DNA of 45,509 nucleotides, taken from the sequence record OZ035793.1, one strand, 5' to 3'. The notes beneath the pieces are model-generated. The model was not told the origin of the DNA and made no database searches. It worked only from the letters and a program-made list of their open reading frames with translations. Positions within the stretch are counted from its first letter, which is position 1. Every line of letters begins with the position of its first letter. Shown here one piece after another: positions 19,305 to 28,333 of this stretch. Both the position numbers and the translations under genes were made by a program. The DNA is from Veterinaerplatzvirus T145P1.

Positions 19305-20274
19305 AGTAGAAGTTTGGGATAAATGGAAGTGCCATTGATATGTTCGTGTCGAAAGGAAACTGAGCGCCTGTCTGAGTTGAGTAGTTACCTATTACAGATC
19401 CAGGAACAGCCCTAACGGAGCCTCCAGACATGCAAACACCCTTGTATCGTAAGTTGTTATACCCTCCGGTAACTCTAGTTGTAGCGCCGCACCTAAGCAG
19501 CGGGAAGAAACCACCATTTATTGACTGATATCCATTGCTTATTTGTATAAATCCACCAAGAACGAATGGGCGGCGAACACTTGAAAAAACAATCTGACCA
19601 GAACTATTTGACATTGTGAGTCCAGGCCCGGCCGGTGGTGGTTCATTCCTGAATATCACCAGCTGAACATGGGTACTTGCCGCAACATCATCTGTACCTC
19701 CGTAGGTTATATCCCTACACCATATTGTTGATCCATCTGATTCAAGTGATACGTTTGGATTATCCCACTTGCCGAATGGTATTCCGCTAACTGGTAGCGA
19801 TGCTGCACCGTTAACCTGTATGCCCCCAACCCAGGCCGCAGACATTAGCCGCGAGTTGCTTGATATAGCAAGGAAATCAGTTGAGTTCTCAACAAGTATT
19901 CCAGGACTTGATGAGGATGAAGCCGGTAGTATCTCAAAGCAATTACCAGCAAAGTCAATTATTCGACCATTAGCACCATTGAAGTTGCTGATAGTTATCC
20001 TGCCAGTTCCGTCATTTACCTTTTGAAACCCGTTCATGTAATAAACTTCGGGTATAACATCGTAAGCGTCAACGTGGACTGCCTTCGTTGGTAGGCAGAA
20101 AGCCGTAGAGCCAGGAAACATTGTCAATCCAAAATCCCACGAGATTGCCGGGGTTGAAAGTCCATTGGTATTTATTGATCCAGTCACAGCAGGTGCCCTT
20201 AATCCTGCCGTGATTTCCATCGCTGGTCTTCCGTCATTGAGGTCAATCAATATACCCTGCGGCATTATTTCCAC
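19303..20274 (-). CDS. hypothetical protein, possibly tail-fiber/receptor-associated
   Basis: 323 aa Gly/Ser/Asn-rich; convergent with J, co-oriented and overlapping with upstream lipoprotein gene. Confidence 0.5.
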   Translation of the reverse strand: MEIMPQGILIDLNDGRPAMEITAGLRAPAVTGSINTNGLSTPAISWDFGLTMFPGSTAFCLPTKAVHVDAYDVIPEVYYMNGFQKVNDGTGRITISNFNGANGRIIDFAGNCFEILPASSSSSPGILVENSTDFLAISSNSRLMSAAWVGGIQVNGAASLPVSGIPFGKWDNPNVSLESDGSTIWCRDITYGGTDDVAASTHVQLVIFRNEPPPAGPGLTMSNSSGQIVFSSVRRPFVLGGFIQISNGYQSINGGFFPLLRCGATTRVTGGYNNLRYKGVCMSGGSVRAVPGSVIGNYSTQTGAQFPFDTNISMALPFIPNFY

Positions 20275-20510
20275 TCCTTACTGCCGTGATCTGCAACAGA
20301 ACCGCCGTAACCGCCGCCAGATTTGCTTTCAATGCCAGCGTAGCGAATATCAACCTCACCAGCCGGAACAACTACACCGCCTTTCCACTTAGCTACGCAC
20401 ACGCCGTTTGCTTGTGTTGCACACCACCCATCAGGTCGAGGACCAGAAGAACAACCTACTGTCATGATTACTGCCGCCGAGATGATTGCTGATTTGATGA
20501 AGTTAGTCAT
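20265..20510 (-). CDS. lipoprotein (candidate Cor/Llp-like superinfection exclusion protein)
   Basis: Start trimmed to ATG 20510 (RBS aaggaa); signal peptide with lipobox VGCSS; small size and position near tail fiber genes. Confidence 0.55.
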   Translation of the reverse strand: MTNFIKSAIISAAVIMTVGCSSGPRPDGWCATQANGVCVAKWKGGVVVPAGEVDIRYAGIESKSGGGYGGSVADHGSKEWK

Positions 20511-20690
20511 TTTGTATTCCTTATTAAGTTGTTTCGTTTTGATGTAGTAATAATACAACCGTCAGTGCGGAATGTCTTTAGCTATTCGTGCTATTGCATA
20601 CACGTAACCGATGTAACTCGATGTATACAATCTCATCCGCGGAAAATGATATACGCACTGTTACGCAAATTTACGCATTGGTTACATTAA

Positions 20691-20750
20691 AATATCTATA
20701 TATATCAACCTTTTACTCTTATTATTATTATATATATATTACTGTGTATA
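20691..20750. repeat. AT-rich long direct repeat copy A with (TTA)4 tract
   Basis: AATATCTATATATATCAACCTTTTACTCTTATTATTATTA...ACTGTGTATA, near-identical to 39953-40021. Confidence 0.85.
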
Positions 20751-21055
20751 TCATGTAACTACTTCTATAGAGTGTTCCGGTTATAATTTTAATATCATGT
20801 GGATTTATACAGTATTGCGCTGCAGCTATACCAATGCACCCTCAGCAATGAATGATATACACGATATACACGATGGTTACATTGAGCTATAGCTGGGCCG
20901 AGATGCCAAAAAACGTAACTAGTGCCAATGCCTACACGGAATTACAAGGATTCACGTGTAAACTTAAATCAACGATTGGCAAAACCAATTGGACTGGTTA
21001 CGGTGCCGAATATATAGTTAACTCATCGAAAGCAAACAACCAGAGAGATACAGAA

Positions 21056-21250
21056 ATGACCTACTACATTATCAAAGAGAAAAACAACGCACTGTTCGGT
21101 GATTGCTACTTTGGCGGCCCTGCTGGATATACCACAGATAAGAAAGAGGCTGACAGATTCGAGACTAAAGAAGAAGCCCGAGATGTGCTGACTGGTTACT
21201 TCACTGAAGAAGATTTGAAGTCTGTTAAAGTGGTTAAGGTTAAGGAATAA
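21056..21250 (+). CDS. hypothetical small protein
   Basis: ATG 21056 follows an internal promoter-like TTGGAC-18-TATAGTTA plus CATCGAAAGC leader and RBS gagag; the longer ORF from 20852 starts inside AT-rich repeats. Confidence 0.4.
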   Translation: MTYYIIKEKNNALFGDCYFGGPAGYTTDKKEADRFETKEEARDVLTGYFTEEDLKSVKVVKVKE

Positions 21251-21253
21251 AAT

Positions 21254-21451
21254 ATGAAGGCTTTTATAGACATAAATAAGTCACCATACAACGACGAGAA
21301 AGATCCTGAGGTAAGATTAAGGGTAAAATTTAGCACAGGAAGGGAGATAAATATAACAACTACATGTTCTGATTTAGCGAAAGCACTTATGGGTTGTAGT
21401 GAAGTTCCTGTTACTGTTTCAACGAGAAATGTTGAGGTGAAAATAAAATGA
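21254..21451 (+). CDS. hypothetical protein
   Basis: RBS aagga; stop overlaps the next start (ATGA). Confidence 0.5.
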   Translation: MKAFIDINKSPYNDEKDPEVRLRVKFSTGREINITTTCSDLAKALMGCSEVPVTVSTRNVEVKIK

Positions 21452-22413
21452 CTTTCAGGGTTTACACACGAGAGGAGCTAAGCAACGAGGATTACCACTC
21501 AGAGCAAGATCATATCTCCGGCAGCTCACTTGTCGAGATTATCCAAGGATCACCAGCTAAGTGGAAGTTCAAGCAACGCAATAGAGATAGCAAGGCGCTT
21601 AAGTTTGGTACCTTATCTCACTGCATGATTCTCGAACAAGATGTATTCGACAAGGAGTATTTGCGAGCAGTAGACCTTGACGCGATTGAAGGCTTAATTA
21701 CAAGCCAGGCAGGATTAGCAGCAGCACTTAAAAAAGTCGGTGTGGCTGGAACATCAGGGAAGGGCTATAGCGAGCTTGTAGAGATGATGTATCGTTCTGG
21801 CGAGGACTGGCCCATTAAGTGGCTAATTGATCAGCTGGAAAGCGCTCAAGCGCTTGTGGAGGGTAAGGAGCTAGTTAGCGCAGCAGACTATGACAAAGTT
21901 GTGGCTATGCGTGAGGTTCTTTGCAATATTCCGGCATACAATGCAATCGTGAATAGTGAGACGGCGCAGAAAGAGTTATCAATCTTCGGTGAGATTCTCG
22001 GCGTCGGCGTTAAGATTCGAATTGACCATGTTGATGTTGTTGATGGCGTCGTTCGGATCACGGATTATAAAACGACAGCCGACGCAAGCCCTGAAGGATT
22101 TGGTAAGTCTGCATTTAATCACGGATACCTTGCAAAAATGGCGCTTCAGCGCGATCTGTTTGTGAAAGCATTTAACGAGAAGCGCAAGGTTGTTGTAGGA
22201 TTGCTGGCGCAGGAGAAGGTGGAGCCATACCTACCAATGCTGTACACACTAACCGACGAACAGCTGCGAATTGGTCGCCTTCAGTATCTTGAGGCACTTG
22301 CAACTTACAAGAAGTGCAAGGAGCTTGATATTTGGCCTGGATATTCTAACGGCATTACAGAGCAAGAGCTATTGGTTCCTGATTGGGCCATTAAACAATA
22401 TAGAGAGATATAA
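21448..22413 (+). CDS. PD-(D/E)XK family exonuclease (recombination exonuclease)
   Basis: Motifs GTLSHCMILEQ ... IRIDHVD ... ITDYKT consistent with a PD-(D/E)XK nuclease; adjacent to Erf-like and SSB genes. Confidence 0.6.
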   Translation: MTFRVYTREELSNEDYHSEQDHISGSSLVEIIQGSPAKWKFKQRNRDSKALKFGTLSHCMILEQDVFDKEYLRAVDLDAIEGLITSQAGLAAALKKVGVAGTSGKGYSELVEMMYRSGEDWPIKWLIDQLESAQALVEGKELVSAADYDKVVAMREVLCNIPAYNAIVNSETAQKELSIFGEILGVGVKIRIDHVDVVDGVVRITDYKTTADASPEGFGKSAFNHGYLAKMALQRDLFVKAFNEKRKVVVGLLAQEKVEPYLPMLYTLTDEQLRIGRLQYLEALATYKKCKELDIWPGYSNGITEQELLVPDWAIKQYREI

Positions 22414-22414
22414 A

Positions 22415-22879
22415 ATGAACAAAGATTGCTGGCAGACTCCTTTAGACTTATTCAAACCGATAGATGATAAATACAAATTCAAGGTTGACGTGTGCGCAAG
22501 CCAAGAAAACGCGCTTTGTAAATATTACTGGACTGTAGATGATGACTGCTTGCAACAGGATTGGGGAGATGATGGTGGTTTCGTTTGGTGCAATCCACCA
22601 TATAGCAATCCATTACCATTTGTTGAAAAGTGCCAGCAATACGGCTATGCGGTCATGCTATTGAATCAGGATACGTCAACAAAATGGGCTAAGATAGTCT
22701 TTGAAAAAGCATCAAAGGTTATACTTTTATCAGACAGGGTTAGGTTTATAAATCCAGTAACAATGGAGGTTGGTAAGTCAAATCCTAAATGCCAGATGAT
22801 TGTAGTTTTCGACAGGCGTAGCAATTCTGGAGTTGATATACGTTGGTGTTCAATAAAAGAAATTCATAAGCAAATTTAA
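22415..22879 (+). CDS. DNA N6-adenine methyltransferase (phage Dam-like)
   Basis: Start trimmed to ATG 22415 (MNKDCWQTPLDLF); catalytic NPPY motif (WCNPPYSN). Confidence 0.85.
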   Translation: MNKDCWQTPLDLFKPIDDKYKFKVDVCASQENALCKYYWTVDDDCLQQDWGDDGGFVWCNPPYSNPLPFVEKCQQYGYAVMLLNQDTSTKWAKIVFEKASKVILLSDRVRFINPVTMEVGKSNPKCQMIVVFDRRSNSGVDIRWCSIKEIHKQI

Positions 22880-22924
22880 ATAGCATGAATTGCTAAAGAC
22901 AAAACTAAAGGGTGTGGGTATGAT
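22879..22924 (+). promoter_or_regulatory. composite promoter element (variant)
   Basis: AATAGCATGAATTGCTAAAG at Dam stop; 23 bp to TATGAT. Confidence 0.45.
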
Positions 22925-22953
22925 TACCCAATCAACAACGAACGAGGTTAAAG

Positions 22954-23604
22954 ATGAAAATTTCAGAATCATGCAAGTCAATTTTAAACGCTCTACACAC
23001 CGCCAAATCGCTATTTGCGAAGGCTGAAAAATCAAAACAGAACTCACACCTCAAGAACAGATACAGCACCCTTGATGATGTTCTTGCCGCTGTAGAACCA
23101 GGCCTTGAAGAATGTGGTCTTGTAATGTTTCAGAGCGTAATTGATAGCGAAGCTACTGGACTGCTGAAGGTTGAAACGAAGTTGTTCCATGCAGAGTCAG
23201 GCGAGTGGGTTAGCTTCTTAATGATTGTCCCTATCAGCAAGAATGATGCTCAAGGTTACGGATCTGCGCTTACATATGCTCGACGCTACGGAATTACAGC
23301 AGCTTTAGGTCTTAGTCAGGCAGATGACGATGGTAATCTCGCAGCTAAAGGCGTTAAAGACTTTAAACGTGAGCTTGAGAAGTGTAATAGTCTTGATGAG
23401 CTACGTAACGTATGGAAAGAGGCTAAGCAATCACTAGACGCTGCGGGATGGAAGGTTTTTGAACCTCACATTATCGAGCGCAAGGCAGAGATTGAAGCAA
23501 ATGCAGCAACTGGCTTTAACCCTGCAACACCAAAGAAAGTTGCAGAAAAAAGTAGTACTGAAGAAAAGACTGAAGTAGAATCACAACAAATCGACACATT
23601 CTAA
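22954..23604 (+). CDS. Erf-like single-strand annealing protein (putative)
   Basis: GSALTYARRYG-type segment; located between exonuclease and SSB. Confidence 0.55.
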   Translation: MKISESCKSILNALHTAKSLFAKAEKSKQNSHLKNRYSTLDDVLAAVEPGLEECGLVMFQSVIDSEATGLLKVETKLFHAESGEWVSFLMIVPISKNDAQGYGSALTYARRYGITAALGLSQADDDGNLAAKGVKDFKRELEKCNSLDELRNVWKEAKQSLDAAGWKVFEPHIIERKAEIEANAATGFNPATPKKVAEKSSTEEKTEVESQQIDTF

Positions 23605-23645
23605 ATTTAACGGGGCTGCGGCCCCAACCAATAGAGAGATAAAAC

Positions 23646-24071
23646 ATGCACGTAATTACTGGTCAGATTCGACGCGCTCCATTCACTAAAGAAGGTCATA
23701 ATGCTAATGGTACCTGGAAAATGTTTGCGGTTGATTTGAGTGAGCGATACAAAGATAAAGATGGTCAGACTCAGTATAGTAACTATCGCGCAGTCTTCTT
23801 CGCGAAAGAGTCAATGTTAGATTGGTATAATGAAGCTTTTCAAGAGGGTAAAGTTGTTAGCGTTAGCGCAGAGACTCTTTCTGTTGATGTTAGAGATAAA
23901 GATGGCAAGACTTACGTTACTGTCAACATGAACAATCCTAGACTTGAGTTTAGTCAGCGCGGTGAAGGTGGCGTGCAGCAGCAACCTAGACAACAGCAAC
24001 AAGCACAACAGCAACAACAGAATCAACAGCCAAAACAGCAAAAGCAATTCGAAGATGATATTCCTTTCTAA
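23646..24071 (+). CDS. ssb: single-stranded DNA-binding protein
   Basis: Gln-rich linker and C-terminal acidic tail ending DDIPF, the SSB signature. Confidence 0.85.
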   Translation: MHVITGQIRRAPFTKEGHNANGTWKMFAVDLSERYKDKDGQTQYSNYRAVFFAKESMLDWYNEAFQEGKVVSVSAETLSVDVRDKDGKTYVTVNMNNPRLEFSQRGEGGVQQQPRQQQQAQQQQQNQQPKQQKQFEDDIPF

Positions 24072-24075
24072 AGAT

Positions 24076-24100
24076 AAGGCCCCTTTTGGGGCCTTTTTTA
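24076..24100. terminator. bidirectional intrinsic terminator
   Basis: AAGGCCCC-tttt-GGGGCCTT plus T tract, between convergent SSB and tailspike genes. Confidence 0.7.
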
Positions 24101-26683
24101 TTAACCTATTTTAGTGTAAGTCCATTGGTATGTTGCAGCTCCCTTGGCAGTTATCCCGACAGTTCTTCCACTTACATCCATTGAAGTGAAAGCGCCAGTT
24201 TTTGTAATTGTTATTGATGATGTGGAACCATCAAAAAGTACGTCAGCAATTACACTATAGTTAGGTCCAGCACCAGTAACCCAGGTCGAAACCTTGTATA
24301 AACCAGCGTTGTTTGGCAACTCAAAAAGACCAGTTGAAACATTCGCCTGAACAGCCATCGCGCCCTTTCCGGTGTACACACCGTCAGTTTTAAGACCTAA
24401 TGATGAATATGTTTGCTTATAGCCACCAATGATGGCACCACCCATAGGTTCAGTAAACCAGTTCACATTACCCTGACTAACAACAGATATCGCTGGAGAC
24501 CCCCCTTTAGCTGACTGAAACCTACCGCTTAAAATGTCAATTCTAGATGCTGAGTCCTGGGCGTAGATAGTTACAGGATACCCACCAGAACCAGTGTAAA
24601 CCAAGCCGTTATCATTAATGTCATCTTCAGACGAGTCAATGATTACATGGGAAGTTCCAGACGCCTTGATGAACGAAACAACACCGCTAGAACCAGCACC
24701 TGTTGTTCTAACTTCATTCTTCCATGATGTTAGGCCTGAAATTCTGCCATTTGAGTTATTAAACCTAATCAGGCAACAATCTTGCGATCCGTTGGTGTCA
24801 ATAATGTTACCTTCAACGTCCATCCCTAGTATGTTTACGCTATGGCTGTTGATGAAGTTAATCCCAGCACCACCGTAAGAACCAGATGTTGATGATATAT
24901 TACTGGCATCCATTGCGCAGTTAATCATTGTAACGCTCATTACCGAACCAAATTCATAAGGTGAAATGCAATCTGATGCGTAACAAGTCTCAAGCAATAT
25001 TGTCGTTCCTGTCGCCTTTATGAATCCAGTCCTGCAATTCCTGGCCCAAACATTCTGTAGCTTAGTCTGGTATGTTCCAGTGGTGTCCGTGTAGCAACCC
25101 CATGCTCCATGGACTGTGCAATCTTTGATACATGAATTTTCTAGCCCTGTTGCAGAACCAACATTAGAAACGAAGTTAAATGCTATCTTTTGATCATTCC
25201 CTGATGCTGAGGTAGGTGTAGTGCCTGGGTTATAAAAAATGTAAAGTCCCTCAATAAACACTTGATACATTCTTATGTTTTGCGCATCACCCTGAACCAG
25301 GGCGAATAGGTTTATGTTCCCATCAACTGAGATAAATGTTTGCGCCCTGTTAATTTGGTTTGTTCCCTCGCCAATAATTCTTGTACTGTTGCCAATCCTC
25401 ACCGTCCTGTTAATGAACATAAAACCTTTTGGTATGTATACAGTTTTACCGGTATTAACTGCCGCCTGAAGCGCAACTGCGTCAAGTGACTCGTTAAGGT
25501 TTGATGCAAATGGATAAACAAACCGCGCATCCTCAATTGTCGAGAATTTAGATGAAAGAGGAACTAAAGTACCATTGTTTGTAGCACCAAAATCCATGAC
25601 GTTAACAAAGTCACCAAGTTTACTATCCTTACTCCTTTCTACAAATGAGGCCAATGTAGATTTGTAATTCATCGAACTGAATTGTGATTTAGCCTCTGTC
25701 TTTGAATAAACATCTGATCTTGGGTAAACCTCTGATTTTGAATAAACATCAAGCAAACCCCTAGCTCTTTCAGCAGTAGCGCCGCCAACCGACTTCCCGC
25801 CTTCAACCATAATGTATTCGCGTAAGTAGAAGTTTCTTGATCCTTTAGCGCCCGTCATCCTGAGGTGAGTAGCCCTATATGATGAATCAGAATTCAATGC
25901 CGGATATATATCAATCTCATAAGAGCCTTGAGCTCCACTTGTGCCCCTAACACATATAAAAAGCGTAGCGTTGGCTGTAGTGTATGTCGCAGCTAGTGAT
26001 GCTGGAACGTTTGTCATGCTAGATACTACAACTCGATAATTACCACCACTTTTAAATTCAACTTGCTGCCAATCCAATGATGGCATAGCTATTGTCGATG
26101 TGCTTGCGATACCCTCATTGGCTAGAGTAACCAAAGTTGCAGCATCACCAGCGTTGGCAATGACATTAACTGTGTTGTTGTATGCCTCCTGCGCACTACT
26201 TGCGCTTGATTCAGCCTGAGCCTTGCTTGTAGCGGCAGCTTGCTGGCTGGCAGATGCAGCCGATTCGCTTGAAGCCGCATTTGTTTCGCTTGCCTTCGCC
26301 TCATCAACTAATCGTTGTAACTTATCGAAATCAAAATCACCAGATTCAGCCAACTCAACAAGTGACGCAACCTCAGTTTCACGTGACTGATAGTAACGAA
26401 GAGTTTCCGCAACATCCTGAGCTAGCCCCTGAACGGTAATTCCATCATGCGCAAGGATAGCGTAACCAGTTCCAGCAGGAACAGTTTCGGAGTTAGGGTT
26501 GTAAACATTAATCTGCGTATCGCTGATAATTTCTGAGATGGTGTAAATCTGTACTGGTTCAGTTTTAAATACAATGGTTGCACCTACGCGAATCAGTGTA
26601 AGAGGTGCTTTCCATGTTGTCCCGACGCCAGTCACCTCACCACTTGCTGCTAGAGAAGCTGTTCCTGAGTCATAAATTGCCAT
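24101..26683 (-). CDS. tailspike / tail fiber with beta-helix depolymerase-like domain
   Basis: Start trimmed to ATG 26683 (RBS ggag); N-terminal anchor domain, Ser/Ala-rich linker, long Gly/Asn/Thr/Ser-rich repetitive region typical of right-handed beta-helix. Confidence 0.65.
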   Translation of the reverse strand: MAIYDSGTASLAASGEVTGVGTTWKAPLTLIRVGATIVFKTEPVQIYTISEIISDTQINVYNPNSETVPAGTGYAILAHDGITVQGLAQDVAETLRYYQSRETEVASLVELAESGDFDFDKLQRLVDEAKASETNAASSESAASASQQAAATSKAQAESSASSAQEAYNNTVNVIANAGDAATLVTLANEGIASTSTIAMPSLDWQQVEFKSGGNYRVVVSSMTNVPASLAATYTTANATLFICVRGTSGAQGSYEIDIYPALNSDSSYRATHLRMTGAKGSRNFYLREYIMVEGGKSVGGATAERARGLLDVYSKSEVYPRSDVYSKTEAKSQFSSMNYKSTLASFVERSKDSKLGDFVNVMDFGATNNGTLVPLSSKFSTIEDARFVYPFASNLNESLDAVALQAAVNTGKTVYIPKGFMFINRTVRIGNSTRIIGEGTNQINRAQTFISVDGNINLFALVQGDAQNIRMYQVFIEGLYIFYNPGTTPTSASGNDQKIAFNFVSNVGSATGLENSCIKDCTVHGAWGCYTDTTGTYQTKLQNVWARNCRTGFIKATGTTILLETCYASDCISPYEFGSVMSVTMINCAMDASNISSTSGSYGGAGINFINSHSVNILGMDVEGNIIDTNGSQDCCLIRFNNSNGRISGLTSWKNEVRTTGAGSSGVVSFIKASGTSHVIIDSSEDDINDNGLVYTGSGGYPVTIYAQDSASRIDILSGRFQSAKGGSPAISVVSQGNVNWFTEPMGGAIIGGYKQTYSSLGLKTDGVYTGKGAMAVQANVSTGLFELPNNAGLYKVSTWVTGAGPNYSVIADVLFDGSTSSITITKTGAFTSMDVSGRTVGITAKGAATYQWTYTKIG

Positions 26684-26705
26684 TGTGTAGAGTCTCCATT
26701 TGTAA

Positions 26706-26725
26706 AATAGCACGAATTGCTAAAG
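26706..26725. promoter_or_regulatory. palindrome copy AATAGCACGAATTGCTAAAG without + strand -10
   Basis: Lies between the primase terminator and the tailspike start on the - strand; - strand TACAAT at 26729-26734. Confidence 0.4.
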
Positions 26726-26749
26726 TGGATTGTAGCATCTTTGAGTCAT

Positions 26750-26770
26750 AAAAAAACCTCCCGAAGGAGG
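26750..26770 (-). terminator. intrinsic terminator after primase gene
   Basis: - strand CCTCC-ttcg-GGAGG plus T7. Confidence 0.7.
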
Positions 26771-27697
26771 TTAGTCTAGTAATTCGCTCGCCTTGTATAT
26801 TCGCTTTCTTATTCCTGATTTGAAGTGGTTATCATTATTTGGCATTACAACATCAAGATTGCGATCGTCAGCAACGGCGAGTAAATCAAAATCGCTGCGA
26901 GTACAAGCGATGCGTAACTTGTAGTTTCTAAGCGCGTAAGCAACCATTTCCATGTTGTAACTGGAGTGGCAAACAAGCACACAGCGGTTCCCAGTAGCAA
27001 TGTGAACGCGATAGCCATCAATGAAATTATCGACCAGATAAGCGTACTCATCATCCTTAAAGGAACCAATAACAGAAACAGACTGGCGAGAATAATCTTT
27101 TGCAGCATAACTAACATCTCCCTCCTCATTGATAAACATTACATTGCACATCTCTTCTGATATGCCGTCACTATAAGCCATAAAGCACGGAACTGCGTGG
27201 ATTAATTCACCTGATTTCGTCCTGCCAACATCAAAACCGAACTCGCTATAGATACCCTCGTATGTACTGAGAGGAGTTGATTCTACTCTTTCCGTCCTTT
27301 CCATTATCTCTAAGCATCTTTCGTGATCAATCTGAGCGCCCATTTTGTATGGTGATGTTCTTGAAGCTCTTTTGTTTGCTTTTGATATAACCTCTACTGG
27401 AACGAGATTCAGCCAATCACCAAGCGTATCTATTGTTTCACTATAACTCATTCCAGAACACTTCATTACCCAACCAACACCAGAATCATTTCCACACTGG
27501 TTGCATATTGCTGCGCCATTTCCCTTTTCTTGACCTAACTCATCAGTGAAGCGAAACCTATCCTTGCCAAAGCAGTAAGGGCACGGACCATGTTTCTTGC
27601 TGAGATTCTCCTTTGTCCATCCAAGATGCGATGAGTAGAACTCACTCCACATCCCTTTCATCTTGGCTATCACTTCGTTCTTATCATGGTGACTCAT
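26771..27697 (-). CDS. DNA primase (zinc-binding, putative)
   Basis: Start trimmed to ATG 27697 (RBS ggagg); CPYC...CNQC zinc-ribbon near N-terminus; followed by intrinsic terminator. Confidence 0.6.
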   Translation of the reverse strand: MSHHDKNEVIAKMKGMWSEFYSSHLGWTKENLSKKHGPCPYCFGKDRFRFTDELGQEKGNGAAICNQCGNDSGVGWVMKCSGMSYSETIDTLGDWLNLVPVEVISKANKRASRTSPYKMGAQIDHERCLEIMERTERVESTPLSTYEGIYSEFGFDVGRTKSGELIHAVPCFMAYSDGISEEMCNVMFINEEGDVSYAAKDYSRQSVSVIGSFKDDEYAYLVDNFIDGYRVHIATGNRCVLVCHSSYNMEMVAYALRNYKLRIACTRSDFDLLAVADDRNLDVVMPNNDNHFKSGIRKRIYKASELLD

Positions 27698-27752
27698 AAT
27701 TACCTCCATAAACAATAAAGGCACTATACATAATGCAAAGTGCCATTGTTTA

Positions 27753-28232
27753 TCAAATCGTGCTGTTTTGCTCTTTCTTCTTTTGGTTCTCTAATTTTAT
27801 CTTGCGCCATGAACGACACTCTGGCTTAGTGGCTAATTCAGCCTCAGTGACGACTCGCAGCATATGGCGCTTTTTGCACCGAAGTGTCAGCGGTTTCCCG
27901 TTGCCGTCGAATTGCAGGTCTGGTCGGCAGAATGTAGCGCGAAAACCTTCTCCATTTCGCTTATAGTAGTTGTGAGAAAGTTGAGCCCCACGCGCAGAAA
28001 TCATACCGCGCTTAAACCATTCTTCTACAGCCTGTGGTGTTACCTTTAACTGCTTTGCGATATTCGCCTTTGTGCCGAAGAAATCAAGAACTATCTCTAG
28101 CCGCGCGCGTAGCCCGGCTCTTACTTCATCTTTTAAAACATAGTAGCCTGAAGGTCGTTTACGTTGCTTTTTGTCTTCGGTGCGGATGGTTCCGTTATTG
28201 CCGTTAATTGTTCGCTTGTCGACTGTATTCAT
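27753..28232 (-). CDS. helix-turn-helix DNA-binding protein (candidate transcription regulator)
   Basis: Basic 159 aa protein with HTH-like segment KANIAKQLKVTPQAVEEWFKRG; first gene of the - strand operon, next to divergent promoters. Confidence 0.5.
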   Translation of the reverse strand: MNTVDKRTINGNNGTIRTEDKKQRKRPSGYYVLKDEVRAGLRARLEIVLDFFGTKANIAKQLKVTPQAVEEWFKRGMISARGAQLSHNYYKRNGEGFRATFCRPDLQFDGNGKPLTLRCKKRHMLRVVTEAELATKPECRSWRKIKLENQKKKEQNSTI

Positions 28233-28243
28233 TTCATTACCTC

Positions 28244-28288
28244 AATAGCATTTTTTGTTAAAAGTCATCCTGATTTGATGGTATCATT
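28244..28288 (+). promoter_or_regulatory. composite promoter element (helicase operon)
   Basis: AATAGCATTTTTTGTTAAAA then about 22 bp to ATCATT. Confidence 0.45.
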
Positions 28289-28314
28289 GTACTCAATTAA
28301 ACGCTACAAGACAA
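28286..28314 (-). promoter_or_regulatory. sigma70-like promoter for the HTH-primase-tailspike operon
   Basis: - strand TTGTCT-17-TACAAT, overlapping face-to-face with the + strand helicase promoter. Confidence 0.45.
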
Positions 28315-28333
28315 TTTTTATAGGAATTTAGAT

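Noticed and set aside
23611-23627. Hairpin GGGGC-tgcg-GCCCC between Erf-like and SSB genes as a terminator
   Set aside because: No U tract on either strand; more likely an intercistronic mRNA hairpin.
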